From Spirochaetia bacterium (GTDB lineage Bacteria; Spirochaetota; Spirochaetia; DSM-2461), in assembly GCA_963666985.2 (NCBI GenBank), contig CAXXIA010000002.1, forward strand, positions 2,688,001 to 2,752,000: a stretch of DNA of 64,000 bases, read 5' to 3'. The translations under genes were made by a program, and so were the position numbers. The notes under the pieces were generated by a model that was given only the letters and a program-made list of their open reading frames with translations, did not search any database and had not been told where the DNA came from. This document shows positions 50,456 to 59,721 of the stretch, piece by piece; positions within the stretch are counted from its first letter, which is position 1; every line of letters begins with the position of its first letter.

Positions 50456-53400
50456 TTAATGCGGTTTTGTGCCGTGAACCGAAAATCGCCAGTTGTCCAC
50501 TTCGCTGAGGGCGGCATCATAATCCCATTTTTCCAATGCGGCGATTATTCTCTGCGCCCTCTTTTTCTCCTCCTCGGAAGAAAATCTGGGGATTTGTTTT
50601 TCAAGGTACACGGAGGTTCCCGGATTGCTGCTGCGGATGAGATCTTCAAGCCGGTCGAGAATATGTACGGTATCGAACATCGGCATTGCCGCCGTAATAT
50701 GTTCCGAAAGTGTCGTTACGGCCCTGCTCAACCGTGCAATCTCATCCTCCTCCGCCTTTCCGCCGGATCGAATCGTCTCTTCAAGTCTTCCGGCCTCATC
50801 TTTGACGGCAAACGCACCGATGTGGCCCGCCGCTCCTCTGAGGGTGTGCAGAAGAGATACGGCCTCATCGCCGCCGCCCGAATGAATGGCGTGATCAAGG
50901 CGTTCGGGAAAGTGCCGATTTTCGTCGGCGAAAAGTCCGAGGATGCTCCGGAGACGGTCTCTGTTTCCCAGAACCTGCCGCAACGCCGACATGATATCGA
51001 GGCCCGGAATTTCAAGGAACTTCGCATCGTTTTGCGTCCGCATTCCGACGGCGCCGATGGGCGAAACGGGAACGGCCAGAATATCGCCGACGACACGGTA
51101 GAGTTCAATCGGATCAATGGGTTTTGCCAAGTAGCTTGTAAAACTTGTTTTGCTGAATGAATCCTTAATCTCATGAAGAGCGCTCGCGGACAATGCGATA
51201 ACGGGAATGTCGGGATATTTTCTTCGAATCAGTGATACGGCCTCATAACCGTTCATTACGGGCATCTGCAGATCCATCAGAATGATATCGTATGAATTGT
51301 GCAGACACGCTTCCACGGCTTCTTTGCCGTTTACGGCCGTTTCAACGGTAAGCCCCACGCGTTCGAGCAGTTCATACCCTACTTGTCTGTTGATTTCATC
51401 GTCGTCGGCCAGAAGCACGCGTCCGAAAACCACGGCCGATCCGATTCCGCTTTCACCTGTTCGTGCGTGACCGGCGGACCGGTCCGTATTCTTCAGAATT
51501 GACGCAAGGCTGTTTCTCGCATAGGGAATCGAGAGAAAACCGCATTGAATTCCTTGGGGAGCAAACGCAGCGATTGTCGCGGCATTCATGCTTCCGCTTA
51601 AGATGAGTCTTAATTCTTCGCCGGAACCGTCGCACAGAGCAACGGCGGCGGCCGCGGGATCGTGACCCAGGGAATCGATGTCGATGAAAAGAATATCCGG
51701 CATCGACGGATTAAGAAGGGCGTCTTTAACCGCATGGTAGGTAACGACTTCGGCTCCCAGCGCCGAGAGCGCGTCTTCATGGAATTTCGCGGAGATCGGA
51801 TCGGCGGCGATAACCCATGCCGTTTGGTCCGCGGCGGCATCCTTTTCGTTATCCGCCATTTGGGACTGATTCAATTTAACGGTGAATGAAAAGCGGCTTC
51901 CTTCGTTCGGATGGCTTTCTACGGAAAAATCCCCTCCCATCAGCTCAACGATTTGTTTGCTGATCGTCAGACCGAGACCCGAGCCTCCGTATTCCCGCGC
52001 CGTGGATGCGGCCGCTTGGCTGAAAGGCCGGAAAAGCCGGGCAATCTGCTGTTCGCTCATTCCAATCCCGGTATCTTCCACGGTGAAGCGTACGAAATCC
52101 GGCGCGATATGGTCCGCGAGGATTGCCGCGTGTCCCGAATCGGTGAATTTTACGGCATTTCCAATGAGATTCAGAAGCACTTGTCCCAAACGGTAACGGT
52201 CTCCAACCCATCTATCGGGCAAATCCGGAGAGCGGCGGCAATACATTTTCAGGCCTTTTTCCCAGGCCTTGTCCGTAACCATGTCGAATGTCTCTTTCAT
52301 CATTTCATCCAGGGAAAACTCGAAAGCATCCAGTTCCAGTTTCCCGGATTCGATTTTTGAAAGATCAAGGATGTTGTTGATTAAACCCATAAGGCCCTTT
52401 GCTGCGGCATTGATTTTATCCAGGTAGTTTTCCTGCCTGGTATCAAGGCGCGTCTGCAGAACCAGATAGGTGAGTCCTATAATGGCGTTCATTGGGGTGC
52501 GGATTTCATGGCTCATATTCGCCAGATAGTGACTTTTCGCCCGATTGGCCGTTTCGGCTTCCTTTCTGGCCTTTATCAGCTGTTCTTCCAATCCTTTCCT
52601 AACGGAGATATCGGTGATGGTGTTGACGACATAGTTGATTCCGTCCGAACCGAGTTCAATGGGATGAAAGGATTCGATCGTGTATCGAAAGTCTTTTCCC
52701 GGAGCTTTAACGCGCAATTCCCCGTTCCAAGCCTGGCCTTTCCCGGCCAGAGGGAGAATGAAGTTTTTAACCTTTTCGGCGTAGGAATCATCATAGTTTT
52801 CCCAAGCCATCCGATGTCCCGTTAATTCGTCTCCGGTCATTTTTCTGTAGGAATGATTCCCGTAGACGACTCGGCCGCTGTTGTCGATGATCGCGATTCC
52901 CTGTCCCGCGGCGTCCACCGATTGGCGAAAAAGCTGCATATCTCTCTGCGCCTCGACATTGGAGAGCATGCCGGTCAGAGTTGAGGCGAGCATCCGTAAG
53001 AAAACCATGTCCAGCGCCGTTTTGGAGGGTTTCGGTCCTTGGAAAACAAAACCCGTATATCCGATGGTTTTGTCGTCACGATCGGAAATCCTGATGACTA
53101 CAAGGGATGCGGTTCCGACTCGTTTCGCCGCTTTTCTGTAAACCTCGGGAACGGACGGATTATTCGCGAGATCTTCTATGACCGTTATGAACGGATCATA
53201 CTTCAATGATAATAATTCGTTGAATCGAACACCCACCCAATCTTCGGAATATTCTTCCAGTTCCGGATTGTTCCATAAGGTGCTCCATGTAGTGATTCCG
53301 TCATGATCGATTTGAAGAAAATACGCTCTTCGGGCTCCGAGATAGCCGCTGCTGATTTTCAGCATTTCGGGGATGGTGTTGCGAATCGAGTCGGATAAGA

Positions 53401-53929
53401 TGGCCAGAAGCGAGAGACGAACGATGATATCTTCGGCGCTTTTTCGTTCACGTACGGTTTCCCGCATTCTTTTTTCGATTGAGATATCCTTTCCGATGCA
53501 GTAAATCCTCATTTTTCGATTTCTCACGATCGGAAAGACTTTCAGCTCGAACGTGCCTCTTCGACCGTTCGGTCCGGTATTTTCATACGTGAGAACGATG
53601 GTCCTCCCTTCCATGGCCAAACGGAGGGCGCGGAGCAGTTCTCTCTGATAGTGAACGGTATCGGGCCAGAGCGGTGTGGCATTAATGTGTTTGCCGATGC
53701 AGGATTCCAAATCGATGCGAAAGGTTTTCGTAATGGCTTTGCTGAATTCTCTGACGAGGAGATCTTCATCCAAGATAACCAGGAGATGAGACGTTTTTTC
53801 CAGAAAACGGTTTTGTTCGCTTATTTCCCGGTTCCATCTTTTTACCAGAATAAACAGTCCGACAAATGAGGCCGCGATTATACAGAGAAGAATGACGATT
53901 TCAATTCCCATGGCTCTGAACGCGATCAT
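50456..53929 (-). CDS. Hybrid sensor histidine kinase (PAS/GAF-HisKA-HATPase-REC-HPt)
   Basis: SHEIRTPMN, NLIGNAVKFT, DTGIGM, GGSGLGL, LMDLQMP, HTLRGAAG; start uncertain (53986-53911). Confidence 0.92.
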   Translation of the reverse strand: MIAFRAMGIEIVILLCIIAASFVGLFILVKRWNREISEQNRFLEKTSHLLVILDEDLLVREFSKAITKTFRIDLESCIGKHINATPLWPDTVHYQRELLRALRLAMEGRTIVLTYENTGPNGRRGTFELKVFPIVRNRKMRIYCIGKDISIEKRMRETVRERKSAEDIIVRLSLLAILSDSIRNTIPEMLKISSGYLGARRAYFLQIDHDGITTWSTLWNNPELEEYSEDWVGVRFNELLSLKYDPFITVIEDLANNPSVPEVYRKAAKRVGTASLVVIRISDRDDKTIGYTGFVFQGPKPSKTALDMVFLRMLASTLTGMLSNVEAQRDMQLFRQSVDAAGQGIAIIDNSGRVVYGNHSYRKMTGDELTGHRMAWENYDDSYAEKVKNFILPLAGKGQAWNGELRVKAPGKDFRYTIESFHPIELGSDGINYVVNTITDISVRKGLEEQLIKARKEAETANRAKSHYLANMSHEIRTPMNAIIGLTYLVLQTRLDTRQENYLDKINAAAKGLMGLINNILDLSKIESGKLELDAFEFSLDEMMKETFDMVTDKAWEKGLKMYCRRSPDLPDRWVGDRYRLGQVLLNLIGNAVKFTDSGHAAILADHIAPDFVRFTVEDTGIGMSEQQIARLFRPFSQAAASTAREYGGSGLGLTISKQIVELMGGDFSVESHPNEGSRFSFTVKLNQSQMADNEKDAAADQTAWVIAADPISAKFHEDALSALGAEVVTYHAVKDALLNPSMPDILFIDIDSLGHDPAAAAVALCDGSGEELRLILSGSMNAATIAAFAPQGIQCGFLSIPYARNSLASILKNTDRSAGHARTGESGIGSAVVFGRVLLADDDEINRQVGYELLERVGLTVETAVNGKEAVEACLHNSYDIILMDLQMPVMNGYEAVSLIRRKYPDIPVIALSASALHEIKDSFSKTSFTSYLAKPIDPIELYRVVGDILAVPVSPIGAVGMRTQNDAKFLEIPGLDIMSALRQVLGNRDRLRSILGLFADENRHFPERLDHAIHSGGGDEAVSLLHTLRGAAGHIGAFAVKDEAGRLEETIRSGGKAEEDEIARLSRAVTTLSEHITAAMPMFDTVHILDRLEDLIRSSNPGTSVYLEKQIPRFSSEEEKKRAQRIIAALEKWDYDAALSEVDNWRFSVHGTKPH

Positions 53930-54044
53930 TGATATCATTATACGCCGAGCTTCGGTCTCTGCGGGCGGTTTCGAGTGTTTGTGCACGGCAAATTATGAGG
54001 TGTAATCGCTGCGGGCCGTATATAATGGGAACGGAGGTGCATCT

Positions 54045-54689
54045 ATGATTGTCGGCAACCGTATGACGAAAAATCCGTTTACCGTTAAAAAGTCGGAATC
54101 CGTTTCCGATGCCCGGGAGATCTTGAAGAAAGAGAAGATTCATCATCTGCCGGTTATTAACGATAAAGGGGGGCTTATAGGCATTATCACCGAAAAAGAC
54201 ATTCTTTCGGCTTCGCCTTCGACGGCCACGACGCTGGATGTCTGGGAGATGTATTCTCTCCTGGCCAAGCTGACCGTGGGCGATGTAATGAATAAAAAAC
54301 CCATTTTCTGCGGATCGGATGTCGCCGTGGAGGAAGCCGCCCGCCTTATGTCGGACAACGATGTGGGAGGACTTCCCGTTGTTGATAACGGCGTTTTGGT
54401 GGGAATCATTACCGAATCGGATCTTTTCGAGATTTTCATAGAACTGTTCGCCAGCCGGGATAAAGGACTCCGTCTGACGGCTTTGGTTCCGGACGTGCAC
54501 GGTGAGCTGGCGAACCTGGCGGGCGCCATCCGTGATGCCGACGGGGACATTCTGGCCTTCGGATTCGTGCGGGGCGAGAATCCTACGAATCGTTTGTGTA
54601 TCGTAAAAGTTTCCGGGATGAGCCGTGATGTTCTTTTGAAGGCCGTGGAGCCGTTTGTTCTGGAAGTCAAGGACGTCCGGGAGATGTAG
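54045..54689 (+). CDS. CBS-pair plus ACT domain protein (AcuB-like)
   Basis: IHHLPV, GGLPVV..GIITESD, C-terminal ACT (PDVHGELA). Confidence 0.88.
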   Translation: MIVGNRMTKNPFTVKKSESVSDAREILKKEKIHHLPVINDKGGLIGIITEKDILSASPSTATTLDVWEMYSLLAKLTVGDVMNKKPIFCGSDVAVEEAARLMSDNDVGGLPVVDNGVLVGIITESDLFEIFIELFASRDKGLRLTALVPDVHGELANLAGAIRDADGDILAFGFVRGENPTNRLCIVKVSGMSRDVLLKAVEPFVLEVKDVREM

Positions 54690-54881
54690 GTTTTCGGCAT
54701 CTTCGTCCTGTTTCGCCATGCCGCGCCGTTATGCCTCGCCGCGCGATGTTCTGCGCTTTTCGCCTTCGTCTTTGCGGCCGAAGAAGAGGCTCCGGCGTTT
54801 CTTTGGCCGGGTGTGGGGGAGATCCCCCGAGGCCTCCTGTCCGGGGAGAGGCGGGCATGGATTCGGGTGATTGGCAGGCCG

Positions 54882-55205
54882 CTAGAGGGGGATCTGCAGT
54901 AAACCCCAGGTAACCGCCACCGCCGAGGCCACGGGAATGATGAGATTCTTCGCGAAGTGGGCCGAGAGAGCGGCGGCGGCCAGACCGCCCAGAGCCGCCC
55001 AGGGGCGCCCGGTATCGACGAGCGAGGTGATGGAGGCCGGGAAGATTAATGCGCCCAGGGCTGCCGTGGGCATGATGGTGAGAAACCGCCGTACCGCCAG
55101 CGGGATTGTGTCCCATCGGGTCATGAACCAGGGCACCACGCGGATAAGGTAATTCACCGCGGCGCTGACGATGATGACGAGCATAAGGTTCAGATCGGGA
55201 TTCAT
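54882..55205 (-). CDS. azlD: AzlD-family branched-chain amino acid exporter subunit
   Basis: NYLIRVVP, MPTAALGALIFP; coupled to azlC. Confidence 0.85.
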   Translation of the reverse strand: MNPDLNLMLVIIVSAAVNYLIRVVPWFMTRWDTIPLAVRRFLTIMPTAALGALIFPASITSLVDTGRPWAALGGLAAAALSAHFAKNLIIPVASAVAVTWGLLQIPL

Positions 55206-55984
55206 ACGCCTGCCTCCGGGGTTGCCGTGGGGGGATGAAAGGTGTCGCTGTCGGCTTTGTTGGCGCCGCTATCGCCGCTTCCGCCATCCGAGGATTCAGG
55301 CGGGATAACGAACATTCCGACGATGGTTGCCGCGATCATCGCGATAACGAAACTCCAGCCGGAGCCGAGATTCGTTCCCAAATCAAGAACCGTATTCAGC
55401 GCCGCCGCCGAGGCCGCGGTGATAATCCAGGGCCATCCCTTTTTCAGATCCGGCAGCAGAAGAGCCATGAAGAGCGCGTAGAGACTGGAAACCATGGCCG
55501 CGCTCAGGCTTTCGGGAAGAACACTGCCGAAAAGCCAGCCGCTGAGGGTTCCGAGGTTCCAGGCGGCCCAGGGAGCGAGTTCCACCGCGGCCTGGTAGGA
55601 AGGGGAAACCTGTCCTTCCTGGCTCGTTGTTACCGCGAAGTTTTCATCGGTAACGCCGAAGGCCAAAAGCGGCCGCTGGAAGGTTTTCCGGGTTTCCACT
55701 TTCTTGGCCACGGCGGCGCTCATGAGCGTGTAGCGCAGGTTGATGAGAAAATAGGAAAGAATGATTTGTCCTTCGGCGGCTCCGGCGGCGATGAGGTTCA
55801 GCGCCATGAACTGCGCGGCGCCGGTGAAGGTGAAGAGGCTGAAGGCTTGAGTTTCCCAGATGCCGATGCCGCCGTTTCGCGCCAGAAGGCCGAAGGCGAT
55901 GGATGCCGAATAATAGCCGAGGACGATGGGAAGGGCATCTTTCAGTCCCCGGCCGAAGGTGGAGGCTTTGCCGATTCGGTTCAT
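55202..55984 (-). CDS. azlC: AzlC-family branched-chain amino acid exporter subunit
   Basis: PIVLGY..IAFG, FTGAAQF, INLRY, TDENFA. Confidence 0.9.
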   Translation of the reverse strand: MNRIGKASTFGRGLKDALPIVLGYYSASIAFGLLARNGGIGIWETQAFSLFTFTGAAQFMALNLIAAGAAEGQIILSYFLINLRYTLMSAAVAKKVETRKTFQRPLLAFGVTDENFAVTTSQEGQVSPSYQAAVELAPWAAWNLGTLSGWLFGSVLPESLSAAMVSSLYALFMALLLPDLKKGWPWIITAASAAALNTVLDLGTNLGSGWSFVIAMIAATIVGMFVIPPESSDGGSGDSGANKADSDTFHPPTATPEAGV

Positions 55985-57294
55985 TCGGCGCTGTGTTCAT
56001 GCATGACGCGGCGAACTTCGTCGGCAATGATAAAGGCCGCTTTGCGGAACTCATCCGGATTCAGGGCGTAGGAAAGACGGAGACATTGGTCGGCGTGGAC
56101 TCTGAAATCCGATGGCGGATCGGCAGCATCCGCTTGGCTTCGAGGATCGGGGTCATCAAAACCATAGAAAAAATAATGGCCGCTCACCACGAGCACTCCG
56201 CGGTCTTTGAGCCGTTCATACAATCGGGCGGAGCCGATGGGCAGTTCGGGAAGCCAGAGCCAGAGGAAGATGGATCCTTCGGATTCGTGGATGCGGAAGG
56301 CGATGTCGCCGGCGAAGGCTTCTTCGAGGGCTTGGGTGGCGAGTTCTGAATGGTCCCGGTAGAAGGGGCGGATGATGCTGTGCGAGAGTTTCAGGATTTC
56401 TCCGGAGTCGATAAGCGGGCCGACCAGGACTTGACCGAGGCTGCCGTTGGCCAGACTGATAACGGCGTTTCCGGCCGAAAGCGCGCCGATGATGTCTTCG
56501 TTCGCCACGACGATTCCGGTGCGGATGGCCGGAAGGCCGAGTTTGGAGAGGCTCATGCTCAGGATGACGTTTTCGTCCCAATAGGGGTGGACGTCTTTAA
56601 AGAGGATGTGCGGGAAGGGGGCTCCGTAGGCGTTGTCGACGATAAGGGAAATGTCCTTTTTTCGGGCGATGTCGGCAAGGCGGGTGATTTCTTCGTCGGT
56701 CAGGACGTTTCCGGTGGGATTGGTGGGGCGGGAAACGCAGAGAGCGGCGATGTCGTCTTCAATGTTCAGGTTGTCGAAATTGACGCGGTATTTGAAGTAG
56801 TGCTCCCGCGTGAGTTCGATTTTTCCGGGGTGGGTAATCAGGGCTCCGTCTTCAATGGCCTGATCGGCGTATCCGATGTATTCGGGGCAGAGGGGGAAGA
56901 GGATTCGGTTGAAGCGGCCGTCGGTGCCGGTGCCTGAGAACATGTTCAAGAGAAGGAATGAGGCGATTTGGCTTCCGTTGGTTACGCCGATGTTCTTGGG
57001 GCCGATGTTCCAGCCGTATTCCCGGTTCATCAGGTTTGCCAGGGATTCCAGGAAAGCATGTTTGCCCTGGGGCGTGTCGTAGTTGGCCAGGGTGTCTTCC
57101 AGTTCCGTGCCGTTTTTCAGGATTTCTTCGATTCGTCGGCGCCAGATTCGGTTGACTTCCGGAATGTGGGCGGGATTTCCTCCGCCGAGCATGTACATGT
57201 CGGTTCGGCCCTGCATGGCCCGGCCCATATCGTCCATCAGTTCGCCGATTCCTGTCTTTTTCGTGAATCGTTCGGCGAATCGCGTGCTTCTCAT
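55981..57294 (-). CDS. avtA: Valine--pyruvate aminotransferase
   Basis: LGGGNPAHIP, NYDTPQG, TNGSQ, PEYIGYAD, SRPTNPTGN, DNAYG, SLSKLGLP; start 57294 with SD AAGGAG. Confidence 0.92.
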   Translation of the reverse strand: MRSTRFAERFTKKTGIGELMDDMGRAMQGRTDMYMLGGGNPAHIPEVNRIWRRRIEEILKNGTELEDTLANYDTPQGKHAFLESLANLMNREYGWNIGPKNIGVTNGSQIASFLLLNMFSGTGTDGRFNRILFPLCPEYIGYADQAIEDGALITHPGKIELTREHYFKYRVNFDNLNIEDDIAALCVSRPTNPTGNVLTDEEITRLADIARKKDISLIVDNAYGAPFPHILFKDVHPYWDENVILSMSLSKLGLPAIRTGIVVANEDIIGALSAGNAVISLANGSLGQVLVGPLIDSGEILKLSHSIIRPFYRDHSELATQALEEAFAGDIAFRIHESEGSIFLWLWLPELPIGSARLYERLKDRGVLVVSGHYFFYGFDDPDPRSQADAADPPSDFRVHADQCLRLSYALNPDEFRKAAFIIADEVRRVMHEHSAE

Positions 57295-57512
57295 GGAGAT
57301 GTTCTCCTTAATCCTTAGCATCCTCATTCGACAAGAATGTCGAATTCTAAAGAAGCCTACCGTTAAGTGATGGTTGCGAAAAGAGGCAGTTTCAAGGATT
57401 TGGACGGGTACAGTTTTGCCGGTTTTCGCTGTGCCGGGTTTTGAGGTATCGGATTGACGTACTTGGCGGGCCTCGGTAGGATGGGCTTCGATCCGCATTT
57501 TATTGCGGTTTA

Positions 57513-57582
<70 letters not shown>

Positions 57583-57586
<4 letters not shown>

Positions 57587-57624
57587 ACAAGAAAAGCACC
57601 CCGGCGGGTGCTTTTCTTGTTGGG
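57583..57624 (+). terminator. Perfect 19-bp inverted repeat immediately after the tRNA
   Basis: cccaacaagaaaagcaccc-cggc-gggtgcttttcttgttggg. Confidence 0.75.
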
Positions 57625-57748
57625 AGGGCCCCGCTGTGACTTGAAGCGAAGGAGCGGCGCGACCGAAGAGGGAGCGAAAACCGACAGGATGTCGGTTAGC
57701 CCCGGAGACGGCCTGGAGTGAAGCGACACGAAGTCGGTTCCTGGAAGG

Positions 57749-57766
57749 CAAGTCCTAGTGGGCCCA
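57749..57766 (+). repeat. Direct repeat of the tRNA 3' end (att core or tRNA-linked repeat)
   Basis: caagtcctagtgggccca is identical to 57569-57586, 180 bp upstream. Confidence 0.9.
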
Positions 57767-57909
57767 TAATTTTTGTTGCCGAAATATTCTTGTAAGATTA
57801 TATTTGGCAACAAATTACAGAGAAGTTACCAGGAAACTGGCGCTTTATCTTCCGGGACTGTAGGGAAACTGTCGGAAAGATCCCTCCGGTACTGGTATGT
57901 GAGGGATAT

Positions 57910-58670
57910 ATGCGTCACGGTAGTGAATCAAAGCCTTTTTACCTTTATCTCCGTAAATCAAGCGGTGTCTATTACGCTGAAATCAAAGATCCTGTTTCGG
58001 GTGCATTGCTTCCTGCCAAGAGCACGGGAGAACGGACATATCGGGATGCGGAGCGTGTTGCTTGGGAATGGACCATCAACGGGCTCCCTGTAGGGCCATC
58101 CGGAGAAAGCCGGAAGAAGCCCGGAGAGGCTGCTTCCTTTGAACTGGCGTTCCAGCAGCTAAATGATGTTCCTATAGGCCAGGCGGAAGCTCAGCGCATT
58201 CTCGACCTGCTCAAGCGACGAGGATGATTCAATCCACATCAACCATTTCGCAAGCAGGACCCATTCTGTGCGACTGGCTCGAATCGTTTTGGGATTTCAA
58301 TACAAGTTTTTACATTCTGGAACGTCTGTCCCACGGTCATTCGATTACCAAGGCCCATGCTGCAAACATGGCCGGCAAGATCAGAAATTACTGGCGGCCT
58401 TTCTTTGGTGAATTTCATAGAGGCGAACTCACCCGAGGAAAAGCCCGTGAGTTTGCTGTTCACATTGCAGAAATCACCAGAACCGTAAAAAAGAATGGAC
58501 TCAGTAGTCAGGTTCCTCTTTCGGGCTCAACGATCAAAGACGTTATGCAGGCCGGGACAGTCGCATATACCTGGGCCCTGAGCGAAGGGCAGATTACAGA
58601 GAACCCTTTTGATGGTCTCATGGGATTCTCTCGGCCAGGGCATGATTCTCCTAGGCTATTAACAGTTTAG
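57910..58670 (+). pseudogene. Truncated tyrosine integrase (N-terminal arm/core-binding part only), frameshifted near 58224
   Basis: PFYLYLRK.SGVYYAE...AKSTG N-terminus and WL..FWD...Y...R..GHSI...ENPF core-binding region typical of spirochaete integrases; no catalytic R-H-R-Y domain; adjacent to the tRNA. Confidence 0.7.
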
Positions 58671-59413
58671 ACTGTAGCTAAGAGAAATTGGTATGTGGTC
58701 CGAAATGTGTTGAAGGGAAACAGTCCCCTCCTCATCATATCCACCTTCCAGGACAATGGGCCTGGTCGCAAGCTAAGCTTGCTGCTCGGCCCTGCATCCT
58801 GCATGGAAGTGCGGATTCCACCGGAGCATTGTTGGGATCGTTCCTCGGCTGCGCCTGCGGTACGACCCTGGGTATCACCAAACGTCTGATGAGCGATTAC
58901 CATTCCGGAAAGAAGACTCCTACCTGCGGCTTCGTTGTAGAATTCACCGATCAGGTTGTTGATCAACCGGGAAACGTCAGCGAAAAGACTACGGTCATGC
59001 CTGAAGAACGGCCGGAGTGCCTTGGGTACTGTGAATACGAACTGCCGATGTGGGAGATCAAGTAGAACCTCTTCAGTCAGGTGTTCGGCGAATAGTAATG
59101 TCCGCTTGCGGCTGCAGGAAGGGCACAGATAGAATCCTTTACAGGAAAACGGGCGGAAATAGTTGTGGCCGCATTCAGGATTGGTGCATCTGATTCGAGC
59201 AATCCCTTTAAGATAGTCTCCACATGTTGCGAAACGCTCACCGAGTCGCTGAATTTTCTCCAGGCGAAACATCCCGTAGGTCTCCGCATACCTCTTGTCA
59301 TAGAGGTTACAGAAATCTACAAAATGGCGTTCAAATATCCTGTGAAGCTCGTTGCGGCCGCGAGAGACATACTTTTTCGCCGCCGGTGCCGTAGCGGCTA
59401 CAGCTGAGGTCAT
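58659..59413 (-). mobile_element. IS91-like (Y2/HUH) transposase remnant with a zinc-binding domain; interrupted and truncated
   Basis: CGD...RCTNPECGH...FSCKGFYLCPSC, HRQFVFTVP, HQTFGD; WNPHFH is recovered after removing two inserts. Confidence 0.85.
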
Positions 59414-59721
59414 ATTGATTATTACGGGGAAAGAGACGGGATTGATTGAGATGAGCGGACATGCAGTTTTTTCTACACGACGTCAGGCCGCGAAAGGGAC
59501 GACCAAGGAAGTCGAGAGCAGTGACCAAACGGAGTCTGGGCATTGCCGAGACGACGCAGGGCGACCGCGAAAGCGGATGGTAGGGGCCGAAGGCGTCTCC
59601 GGTACAGCCGGAGACCGAAGCCCCGGACAGCCCGACCCGGCACCTATCCGCGTGTGTTAAAATACTCGGCTTTACCCAAATCGCGGTTGAATAGGATGCT
59701 TTTCCTTTGCCAGAATGATCC

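Noticed and set aside
57910..59413. Integron or active prophage
   Set aside because: Integrase lacks its catalytic domain, and no attC-like cassette array or phage structural genes are visible
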